Shown: positions 1 to 7,410 of the stretch, in pieces
How positions within the stretch are numbered: position 1 is the first letter of the stretch
How the letters are laid out: each line of letters opens with the position of its first letter
NCBI GenBank assembly: GCA_036744835.1
Contig: DAIOHD010000001.1
Location: 611,910 to 675,909 of the forward strand
Direction of reading: 5' to 3'
Source: Candidatus Magasanikiibacteriota bacterium
GTDB lineage: Bacteria; Patescibacteriota; Patescibacteriia; Magasanikbacterales; GWA2-37-8
Length of the DNA: 64,000 bases
The notes under the pieces: model-generated
The model's input: only the letters and a program-made list of their open reading frames with translations
Database searches by the model: none
Told to the model about the DNA's origin: nothing
Translations under genes and position numbers: made by a program

Positions 1-279
1 CACCGGAATAAATTCTTCCAAAATTTGCGTTTCGCTCATTTGCGCCCATTCACTACGACGAGTATTGATTTCATTTTGTAGATTTTTATAATCCGCCAAA
101 GCCCGCAACCAACCAGCTTTGTTTTCTTCATTTTCTTTTTTGTATTTTTCACAATTTTTACATTCTTTTCCAAAAAAACTTTTTTTGGTTTTTTCTTCTT
201 TTGTTTGTTTTGTGTTCTCTTCTATCTTTTCATCATTTTTTATTTCTTCTTGATTAATATTTTTTTGTTCATCTGTCAT
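1..279 (-). CDS. grpE: GrpE nucleotide exchange factor, N-terminal part (gene continues beyond window start)
   Basis: Minus-strand ATG at 277-279, 4 nt downstream of the hrcA stop. The translation is Lys/Glu-rich, then '...AGWLRALADYKNLQNEINTRRSEWAQM...', resembling the GrpE 'LRxxAxxxNxxKR' region. This is the classic hrcA-grpE order. It is absent from the ORF track because it is truncated at the window edge. Confidence 0.55.
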   Translation of the reverse strand, partial: MTDEQKNINQEEIKNDEKIEENTKQTKEEKTKKSFFGKECKNCEKYKKENEENKAGWLRALADYKNLQNEINTRRSEWAQMSETQILEEFIPV

Positions 280-281
280 AT

Positions 282-1004
282 TTATAAACTATTTAATATT
301 TCACTAATTTTTTGTATTAAAGCGTAATTTCTTTTATAATCCATCCTATTTAGACCAACCATCATCAACATATCTGATTTATCTTTACGCACACGAGTAG
401 CCAAGACACTCAAATCTTCTCCAAAAGGTTGTTCGCTACCTAGTAAAAATCTCGGATCATCTATAATCAGATTTTCAAAAACATCCAAATATTCTTCACA
501 ACGTTCAAATATCCCGGAAATATTTACTACTAACTCTGGTTCCAAAAATTCTTTTTTACCAAAAAGATTAGAAAGTCCAGTATAATAAACTTTATCTTCT
601 CCAAATGCATAGATTATCGCTTCTCCGCTAATTTGTGCCAAACCCTTGGCCAAAGTCCGAACCCCACTTTCAAAATCTTGTGTTTCTCCAGTTAGTATTT
701 CTTCCACTTTTTTTTCATCTTTACCACTTATTTTCAGCCCGTTTAAATTCATGGAATTAATATAGTGACGATAGCCAGCGGGAGTCGGTACTCTACCAGC
801 AGATGTGTGTGGTTGAGATAAATAACCAGCTTCTTCCAAAGCGCGCAAATCATTTCGTACAGTAGCTTCGCTCCAATCCAAATCTTCCTGTTTAACCAAA
901 AACTTAGAACCAACGGGCTCCGCTGTTTCTATATGGGTTTCCACAACCAGTTTAAAAAGCTTTTCCTGGCGTTCGTTTAATTTATTGTTTTTACCTTGAG
1001 GCAT
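282..1004 (-). CDS. hrcA: Heat-inducible transcription repressor HrcA
   Basis: N-terminal winged-helix ('LSQPHTSAGRVPTPAGYRHY') and full-length HrcA-like architecture. The ORF track starts at a GTG inside the operator (1019). I prefer the ATG at 1002-1004 (MPQGKNN...). Confidence 0.85.
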   Translation of the reverse strand: MPQGKNNKLNERQEKLFKLVVETHIETAEPVGSKFLVKQEDLDWSEATVRNDLRALEEAGYLSQPHTSAGRVPTPAGYRHYINSMNLNGLKISGKDEKKVEEILTGETQDFESGVRTLAKGLAQISGEAIIYAFGEDKVYYTGLSNLFGKKEFLEPELVVNISGIFERCEEYLDVFENLIIDDPRFLLGSEQPFGEDLSVLATRVRKDKSDMLMMVGLNRMDYKRNYALIQKISEILNSL

Positions 1005-1012
1005 AACATATA

Positions 1013-1039
1013 TTATCACTCTAGCTTCTTGAGTGATAA
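1013..1039. promoter_or_regulatory. CIRCE-like inverted repeat TTATCACTC-N9-GAGTGATAA (HrcA operator variant)
   Basis: Perfect 9-nt inverted repeat with a 9-nt spacer, immediately upstream of the hrcA start. Canonical CIRCE is TTAGCACTC-N9-GAGTGCTAA; here the G/C at position 4 is replaced by T/A symmetrically. Confidence 0.6.
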
Positions 1040-1066
1040 TATATCACAAGCAAAAATAGCCGTCAA
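1038..1066 (-). promoter_or_regulatory. sigma70-like promoter for the hrcA-grpE operon (TTGACG-17-TATATT on the minus strand)
   Basis: The minus-strand -35 TTGACG is revcomp of 1061-1066. The 17-nt spacer follows. The -10 TATATT is revcomp of 1038-1043 and overlaps the CIRCE right arm, as in classical CIRCE-regulated promoters. Confidence 0.45.
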
Positions 1067-1270
1067 GTTTATTTTTTTGATTAATTTTTTGGCTAAAATA
1101 AGGTATTTTTATAAATGGTTTTTTACTTATCCACAAACAAACTTGTCAATTCCCCATCCTTGACAAATATAGCACTTATCAAATAATTTTGGCTAGCTAT
1201 TGACAAATTTACGAAACCATGGTAGGTTAAATTATTGCTCTTTATTATCAACTTCCAAGAGGAGGAAGAA

Positions 1271-1678
1271 ATGGAAAATTTAAAAATTCCAAACCAATCA
1301 AGTCAGATTGAAGAAATTCTTTTAAAACAGTTAGATAATAGTCTAACGGGTTTGAAAGAACTTCTCCAGAGACAGTGGTTAACATTAGGGGAGCTCTATG
1401 TTGCTCTAACACACTGTCGAACCATTGAAAGTGCTCTTTTCAGAGTAAGTCATTTTCAGGCAGAAGCTTATCTTAAAACCGCCAAAGAAAAAGTATTGAA
1501 AAAATTGGAAGAGGCGGAAAAAAGCAGCCGAGAATGGACATTTATCTTTGTCATAAGCAAAGAAGCTTGTGGTAATTATAAAAAGAAAATTGAAGATTGT
1601 CCCGCCAAAAAAGATATTCTTGCCTGGTGGGAAGAGGTAAAAAAAATCTCTGAAACAAAAAAAAGATCCTCCGCGTAA
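1271..1678 (+). CDS. Hypothetical protein (135 aa)
   Basis: ORF with a strong RBS (AGAGGAGG) 6 nt upstream of the ATG at 1271. The track's start at 1235 has no RBS. No recognisable motif. Confidence 0.5.
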   Translation: MENLKIPNQSSQIEEILLKQLDNSLTGLKELLQRQWLTLGELYVALTHCRTIESALFRVSHFQAEAYLKTAKEKVLKKLEEAEKSSREWTFIFVISKEACGNYKKKIEDCPAKKDILAWWEEVKKISETKKRSSA

Positions 1679-1696
1679 AGCGGAGGAGTTTTTATT
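1666..1696 (+). terminator. Rho-independent terminator
   Basis: Stem CCTCCGCG-TAAA-GCGGAGGAG followed by TTTTTATT. The stop codon of the upstream CDS sits in the loop. Confidence 0.6.
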
Positions 1697-1706
1697 ATTA
1701 TAAGTA

Positions 1707-2291
1707 TTATTTTACCGATGTTTGATTGATGATAGAAATTTCAGAAAGAAGAACATTTTCCACATAAATTCCACGTGTGTAAAAAATCTTTTCTAATTCA
1801 TTTTTCAACTCAGTTTCTACTACGTCGCGTTTACTGCCAATAATATCGGTAAAATCAAAACGAGAAAAAACCATACGAATACGAGAGCGAATAGTCGGTC
1901 GAACAATTTTGGCGACAAAATCCTCACCAATAGTTTGCCAAAGAGATGGAATTTGTTGAACATCCAAACGCAACAAAATAGTCCCTTCTACTCCAGCTCT
2001 TTTTCCATCTTGAGTAACAGCGGCTATAGGTATATCCCCCATCGCTCGCTCGTTTTCCGGATTAAATTGACGAGATACGCTATATTCCAAAGTCTGGGTA
2101 TTAAACAGTTTGGCTTTTTGCCAAAAAGGAATTTTCAAATGTAAACCCGGAGTCAATACTTTCTTCAAAACTCCATGGCCCATATCATAAACACAAGCTA
2201 CGTAACCCGGTGGCACATAAATAAAAAAACCCTTTAAAACATCCTCCATAACGAAGGAGTACATTAGCTTATCCAGTGAATCTCCAGCCAT
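1707..2291 (-). CDS. SPFH/band-7 (prohibitin/HflC-like) domain protein
   Basis: The pattern 'YVPPGYVACVYDMGHGVLKKVLTPGLHLKIPFWQK...' matches the SPFH core (V.eGe.gvv.rfGk...pGlhfkiPf). Confidence 0.6.
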   Translation of the reverse strand: MAGDSLDKLMYSFVMEDVLKGFFIYVPPGYVACVYDMGHGVLKKVLTPGLHLKIPFWQKAKLFNTQTLEYSVSRQFNPENERAMGDIPIAAVTQDGKRAGVEGTILLRLDVQQIPSLWQTIGEDFVAKIVRPTIRSRIRMVFSRFDFTDIIGSKRDVVETELKNELEKIFYTRGIYVENVLLSEISIINQTSVK

Positions 2292-2303
2292 ATTTTTGAT
2301 AAA

Positions 2304-3026
2304 TTAAAAGCTTTTTTCCGGCTCTTTAACCGGGAAAAAAATAATTCTTATTAATCTGATTATATCAGAAAATATCATAGAAGTCAAAATAAACAAGGCT
2401 TTGACCATTGGTAAGTAATACAAAAAAAGGAAAATAAAAGTTGGAAACAAAAAAAGGAAATAGAGTTCTGATTTTTCCAAATCTTTTCTTTTGAACTCAT
2501 CAATAAAAATAGAAGTAAATAAATAAATTGCACAAACACTTGGCCATATCAAATCTCTTCTTTTACCAATATCAAAACCATAAAAATCTAGATTGACTTT
2601 CCCGGTTAAATTATTTCCTTCATACAAAACATTTATTGTTCTATCCCCAAGCATTCCTCCGACAAAAACTTGGTATAACAAGAATAAAAACAAACCTTGA
2701 ATAAGTAAAGTTGTTACTTTGGCCCAAGGAGATATTCTGTGTTTACGAATTATACGTCTAGCTTCTTCTTTTTGCGCTATGGGGTCATTTTTGAAAGCCC
2801 TCGCCGCTGTAAAGGCTTCTAACTCTATCTTTTTTTGACGATTAACATTCCGTTCAGAAATAATAGATAAAGGCAACAAACAAATACGCAACATGATTGT
2901 CATTACAATAACAGCATAACCCATATTACCTGCGGTAATATTGTTATAAATCCAAACCAACAAATTAAAAACTGGCTGATATAAAAGACTAAACCAAATA
3001 ATAGACATAGGATAACTAATTTTCAA
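2304..3026 (-). CDS. yidC: Membrane protein insertase YidC/Oxa1 family (short form)
   Basis: Multi-TM protein. 'GYAVIVMTIMLRICLLPLSI' matches the YidC conserved TM2 motif (GxAIIxxTIxVRxxLLPL). Size is ~240 aa, as for Gram-positive/CPR-type YidC. Confidence 0.7.
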   Translation of the reverse strand: MKISYPMSIIWFSLLYQPVFNLLVWIYNNITAGNMGYAVIVMTIMLRICLLPLSIISERNVNRQKKIELEAFTAARAFKNDPIAQKEEARRIIRKHRISPWAKVTTLLIQGLFLFLLYQVFVGGMLGDRTINVLYEGNNLTGKVNLDFYGFDIGKRRDLIWPSVCAIYLFTSIFIDEFKRKDLEKSELYFLFLFPTFIFLFLYYLPMVKALFILTSMIFSDIIRLIRIIFFPVKEPEKSF

Positions 3027-3059
3027 TTTTTAATTTAAAATTTTTAATGAATTTATAAT

Positions 3060-3752
3060 TTACAATTTTATAAATTTCATTATATATTCCCTTATTCTTA
3101 GCTGTTCTGCTAAACTATTTTCCAATTCAATCGCCATAAATTCCGGAAAAAATTCTTGCGGATAATTTTTGAGATAATCCATTTCTGATAAATTTTCTAA
3201 AGAGTGGTAATCAAAACGTATTTCTTCGGGTTTTTCTGGGTCATTTTTTGGTTCTTTTTTTATTGCACTCAAATGAGCACAACCAATTTTATGGTTTTCT
3301 ATCATCCTGATTGATTGCTCATAACGCTCAGGAAAAATAATTTTATCATTTTCCAAATGGAAAAAATCTATACAAACTCCGGCATAATCAATCAGCTCAT
3401 CTTCAGGAAAACCCAGATGAGTATTTTCTATATAAATAATATCTTTTTTATATTTATCCCAAGAATATTTAAGTGGATAAAGTCGTTCACTGTGAGTATT
3501 AAAAACTTTGGTTTGATAATTTTCGCGCAACCAAGCAATTTCTTCTTCATCAAAATCACTGCGTAAATGAACAAAAGGAATTCTTTTTAAGTTTGTTTTA
3601 GCAAGCATTTCATACATTTCTTTTCGCTCTTCCTTGTTTAGGCAGGTCAGAAACAAAGCAATTTCTTCTAAATTTAAATTGTCAATTTCTGCGATTTTAT
3701 CTTTCCAGTTTGAACCTTTCGTAGTGGTAATTGTCGGCAAAATAAGCTTCAT
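3060..3752 (-). CDS. Hypothetical protein
   Basis: 230-aa ORF with no confident motif. Contains several His/Asp/Glu clusters. Confidence 0.4.
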   Translation of the reverse strand: MKLILPTITTTKGSNWKDKIAEIDNLNLEEIALFLTCLNKEERKEMYEMLAKTNLKRIPFVHLRSDFDEEEIAWLRENYQTKVFNTHSERLYPLKYSWDKYKKDIIYIENTHLGFPEDELIDYAGVCIDFFHLENDKIIFPERYEQSIRMIENHKIGCAHLSAIKKEPKNDPEKPEEIRFDYHSLENLSEMDYLKNYPQEFFPEFMAIELENSLAEQLRIREYIMKFIKL

Positions 3753-3754
3753 AG

Positions 3755-4567
3755 TTACTTTTCTAAAATTATTACACTTTTTATTATTACCGGATTTACT
3801 GGAGTAGAATTTTCTCCACTCATACCCATAGAAACGGGAGCAGTGGCAATTTTATCCACCACATCCAACCCTTTTGTAACTTTTCCAAAAATCACATAAT
3901 TTTTGGGTAGTGGATAGTCTTTGTGCATGATAAAAAATTGAGAACCATTGGTATTTGGTCCGGAATTAGCCATAGCTATGGTTCCACGGGAATAACTACC
4001 ATCAAAAGGCTCGTCATCGAATTTATAACCAGGCCCACCCGTGCCATTTCCTACTGGATCTCCACCTTGAACCATAAAACCATCAATAATACGGTGAAAA
4101 ATAGTATTATTATAAAATTTATTTTTTGCCAAATAAACAAAATTATTAACCGTAATCGGAGTTAGTGACGCGGCCAAAGCGATTTCAATTTTACCCTCGG
4201 TAGTGTCTAATACAGCGGTATACTGTTTTGTTTTGTCAATTTGCATTTTTGGTTTTTCTAAAGTCATAGTGGTTTTAGTTTGATTATTTTGTTGATTAAC
4301 AGGAGGTTGTTGTTCTTTTTGAACTTGTTCATTTTGTTGTTGTGCCAATAGTGTTTGATATTGATCTTGTGCCATTTCCGGCTGTTGACTATCGGTTTGT
4401 TTCCCAATATTTTCTATTTTTTCTTTTAAAATTTTATCACTATCTTTAAAATCATCCATCGTTATCCCCTGTTTATCGTTAGGCTCATAACTCCCGGCCA
4501 ATATATCACAACCTGATAAGATAATAATGCAAAATAAAAACAACAAAAAAAACTTTTTGTTTTTCAT
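3755..4567 (-). CDS. ppiB: Peptidyl-prolyl cis-trans isomerase, cyclophilin type, lipoprotein
   Basis: Lipobox 'ILSGC'. Low-complexity Gln/Asn-rich linker. Cyclophilin core 'FHRIIDGFMVQGGDP...GTGGPGYKFDDE...IAMANSGPNTNGSQFFI'. Confidence 0.85.
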   Translation of the reverse strand: MKNKKFFLLFLFCIIILSGCDILAGSYEPNDKQGITMDDFKDSDKILKEKIENIGKQTDSQQPEMAQDQYQTLLAQQQNEQVQKEQQPPVNQQNNQTKTTMTLEKPKMQIDKTKQYTAVLDTTEGKIEIALAASLTPITVNNFVYLAKNKFYNNTIFHRIIDGFMVQGGDPVGNGTGGPGYKFDDEPFDGSYSRGTIAMANSGPNTNGSQFFIMHKDYPLPKNYVIFGKVTKGLDVVDKIATAPVSMGMSGENSTPVNPVIIKSVIILEK

Positions 4568-4572
4568 AAATA

Positions 4573-4767
4573 TTATTTTTTAAATTTAGCGACTTCAACT
4601 TGAAAATCTTCAAAAGAAATTTCTATATATTTTTCCTTACTTTGAAGACAAGTTGGACAAGGATCTGGTGGTTTAACCCCAATGTGCAAATCCCCGCAAA
4701 TTGTACAAAGCCAGTATTTTTTTCCATATAATTTAAAATTATAATAAATCCATTTTGATGCTAAAAT
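4573..4767 (-). pseudogene. Rubredoxin-like zinc-ribbon ORF (CTIC...CPTC) with no canonical start, in frame after tandem TAA-TAA stops
   Basis: Translation '...KKYWLCTICGDLHIGVKPPDPCPTCLQSKEKY...' has a CxxC-x15-CxxC knuckle pair. No ATG/GTG/TTG lies between the upstream stop (4768-4770) and the motif. It is in the same frame as the 4771..5631 CDS. Confidence 0.25.
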
Positions 4768-4770
4768 TTA

Positions 4771-5631
4771 TTATTTTCCCCAAACATCTTTTACTACCAT
4801 AGTAGAAAGTAAATCAACATCTTCTCTGGCAAAATTAATATTCTGCTGTATCTTATTTTTTTCTGCTTCTGATAAAGGTTTAAATCTCTCAGTTTCTAAT
4901 TTTTCCACATTTTGAGGATTTTTAAGTTTTTCATTAATAATTTGAGGAGAATCATTTTCTTCTATTCCAAGTATTTTGTCTAATTCTTCAAACGAAAACT
5001 TTCGTCCTGATTCAGCAATAATATTCTTCATCTTTTTAGGAATTGGAGAATATTCCTTTGATTTACCTAAACCTCCAAACTTTTCATGTTTTTCATGAAA
5101 AGAATGAAAATCTTCACTGCCAATATATAATTTATTTTCGCCAAGTTTCTCCATTAGCATTTCCTTTTTTTCAGGATAAGGCATAGCATCTACAGAAGCT
5201 ATATCAAAATTATTTATTCCAGATTCTCTCAAAGCATCAATCAATTTAATCATTGTATCTCCTGAAAAAATAAATTGCGTTATTATCAAAGCCTTTTTAG
5301 TTTTGCCAGTCATTTTTTTTAAATATTCTTGAAGTTTCGCATATTTTTCTTCATTTTCAAAAGTTGGTAAATATGTTTTTCCACTCGCTACAAAAAAAGT
5401 TTCTAATTTTTGATCAGGATTAACTTGCTTTATAATTTTTTTTAAAATTAAAGTAGGAATTCTTCCTCCAACATCGTCACTAATCAAAGTATCGTATTCT
5501 TTATCTTTAATTTTTTCTTTTAATTGCTTTACCAATGAAACCATTGCAGATTCAATCTCTAAAATTTCCTTAAAATGAAATTCTTTTTTAGACTCTTGTT
5601 TTTCTTGTCTTGATAATTCAAAATTTTTCAT
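4771..5631 (-). CDS. Hypothetical protein, possible phosphoribosyltransferase-like fold
   Basis: The track ORF (4771..5922) runs through tRNA-Ser. I trimmed it to the ATG at 5629-5631 (MKNFELS...). 'KKALIITQFIFSGDTMIKLIDAL' resembles a PRTase PRPP-binding loop (weak). Confidence 0.45.
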   Translation of the reverse strand: MKNFELSRQEKQESKKEFHFKEILEIESAMVSLVKQLKEKIKDKEYDTLISDDVGGRIPTLILKKIIKQVNPDQKLETFFVASGKTYLPTFENEEKYAKLQEYLKKMTGKTKKALIITQFIFSGDTMIKLIDALRESGINNFDIASVDAMPYPEKKEMLMEKLGENKLYIGSEDFHSFHEKHEKFGGLGKSKEYSPIPKKMKNIIAESGRKFSFEELDKILGIEENDSPQIINEKLKNPQNVEKLETERFKPLSEAEKNKIQQNINFAREDVDLLSTMVVKDVWGK

Positions 5632-5693
5632 AAACTCCCAAAAATTGACTTTTTTAATTATTTTTGATATTATTTGAGGCGTTAAAACTCTTT

Positions 5694-5778
5694 GGAGAGG
5701 TCGCCTAGTGGTCGATGGCGCACGCTTGGAAAGCGTGTAAACCGAAAGGTTTCGAGGGTTCGAATCCCTCTCTCTCCG
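5694..5778 (+). tRNA. tRNA-Ser (anticodon GGA)
   Basis: Cloverleaf drawn by hand: acceptor GGAGAGG/TCTCTCC, D-arm GCC-TAGTGGTCGAT-GGC, anticodon stem CACGC/GCGTG with loop TTGGAAA (GGA), long variable arm AACC-GAAA-GGTT, T-arm GAGGG-TTCGAAT-CCCTC. CCA is not encoded. Confidence 0.85.
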
Positions 5779-5785
5779 CAAGCAA

Positions 5786-5812
5786 AAGGTTCGCTGAAAA
5801 GCGAATTTTTTG
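5786..5812 (+). terminator. Rho-independent terminator after tRNA-Ser
   Basis: Stem TTCGC-TGAAAA-GCGAA followed by a T6 run. Confidence 0.5.
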
Positions 5813-5997
5813 TTTGTGGAGAGAGGTGAGCAAATAGTTTTGCTCATGTGAGGGATGAGAACGCCGGAGCGATATTTTGCGAGTTTTATGACGAGCAAAA
5901 TCGCGAGGCGGTGGCCAGACAAAATTTTTGGAAGAAAATTTTAGTCGAGGCCGAATCCATCACTTCTTTCCGTATATAAAAGTTCGCCTACAAAATT

Positions 5998-7320
5998 TTA
6001 CAAATACTGCTCCAATTCCTCCGGACTATCTATAATATTTATCAATTCCCTATCATTATGACCAATAGTTTTAAAATTCAAATACAGGTTATTGATAATT
6101 TCACGCATTGGTTCCCAAAAATCCTTACCGTACAAAACCACTTTGACTCCTGATATTTTATTTGTTTCCATCAAAGTTAGAATTTCAAATAAATTATGCA
6201 TCGTACCAAGCGAACCAGGGAAAAATACTAATACTTCTGAGGACGCCATCAGAGTCATTTTACGCACAAACGGAAAAGAAAAACCAATGGTTTTATTAGT
6301 AAATTTATTTAATATTTCTTTATTTTTTGTTTTCATAAATACCCCGATACTTTTACCGCCATTTTCTATCGCTCCTTTATTGGCTGCTTCCATCATTCCG
6401 GTTCCTCCACCGGTAATAGTGATGTATTCTTTTTTAGCCAACATTTTACCGACTTCATACGCTTCTTCATAATATTTTGTTTTTGCTTTTATTTCTTTTG
6501 TGCCCAAAACTGTCACACTTTTCATTGGTACATTATCAGTCAAAAAATCAAAACTACTCACCAATTCAGACATTATTCTAAACATTCGCCAGTTTATATC
6601 ACCTTGCATATAAGGATTATTAGTAGTTTCTGATTCAATAGAAGTAGCATCTTCTGTTTCTTTAAGCAATTCAAAAGCTTCATCGGCTGTTTCCACAATA
6701 TACCAAGAATCAATTTCTTCTTCTTTGACCGCTTTAATTTTTTTTGCCGATTGTTTTCTAATAAAATCGATCACTGGCTGCCAAAACTCTTTGCCAATTA
6801 AAATTATAGGCGTTTTTTCCATTTGTCCCATTTCTATAGCATCAACTACTTCAAAAAGTTCATCCAATGTCCCAAAACCTCCCGGAAAAAATACAAAACC
6901 ATTGGCTGGAGCAGTCAACATCACTTTACGAGTATAAAAATATTCAAAAGCAATAGCTTTTTTAACATAAGGATTGATACGCTGTTCAAAAGGAAGTTGA
7001 ATATTCAAGCCAATGCTTTCTCCGCCAGCCTCATACGCGCCTTTATTACTAGCTTCCATAATACCTGGTCCGCCGCCGGTTAGTACAGCAAAACCAGCCC
7101 GAGCCAATTTATAACCAAGCTCCTGAGCAATTTTATAATATTTATTATTGGACGGTAATCTGGCCGAGCCCAAAATAGTCACTTCGTTTTTAATTTCTTT
7201 CAAGAACTTTAGACCTTCGATCATTTCTGCCACCATACTAAAAACTTTCCAACTATCACGGAAATTAACTAGCTGACCACCGGTGACTAGGGGTTGATTG
7301 TTGTTTTTATTATTGGACAT
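5998..7320 (-). CDS. Tandem-duplicated LOG family (TIGR00730 / cytokinin riboside 5'-monophosphate phosphoribohydrolase-like) protein
   Basis: Two complete LOG modules in one 440-aa ORF. Each has a Rossmann 'GGGxGxMEAxNKGA' and a 'PGGxGTxxExxE'-like motif (N-half: 'LTGGGPGIMEASNKGAYEAGG...FFPGGFGTLDELFEV'; C-half: 'ITGGGTGMMEAANKGAIENGG...FFPGSLGTMHNLFEI'). Confidence 0.8.
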   Translation of the reverse strand: MSNNKNNNQPLVTGGQLVNFRDSWKVFSMVAEMIEGLKFLKEIKNEVTILGSARLPSNNKYYKIAQELGYKLARAGFAVLTGGGPGIMEASNKGAYEAGGESIGLNIQLPFEQRINPYVKKAIAFEYFYTRKVMLTAPANGFVFFPGGFGTLDELFEVVDAIEMGQMEKTPIILIGKEFWQPVIDFIRKQSAKKIKAVKEEEIDSWYIVETADEAFELLKETEDATSIESETTNNPYMQGDINWRMFRIMSELVSSFDFLTDNVPMKSVTVLGTKEIKAKTKYYEEAYEVGKMLAKKEYITITGGGTGMMEAANKGAIENGGKSIGVFMKTKNKEILNKFTNKTIGFSFPFVRKMTLMASSEVLVFFPGSLGTMHNLFEILTLMETNKISGVKVVLYGKDFWEPMREIINNLYLNFKTIGHNDRELINIIDSPEELEQYL

Positions 7321-7410
7321 ACAAAGAAATATTGAATATTAAATATTGGATATTATTTCGTACTTTCGTACTTTTTCGTAAATTCGTACGTAGCTATTAA
7401 TCTTAAAATT

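Noticed and set aside
5632-5922. N-terminal 97 codons of track ORF 4771..5922 (MSGHRLAILL...)
   Set aside because: This stretch is the antisense translation of tRNA-Ser(GGA) and its terminator (5694-5812). The real CDS most likely starts at the ATG at 5631.
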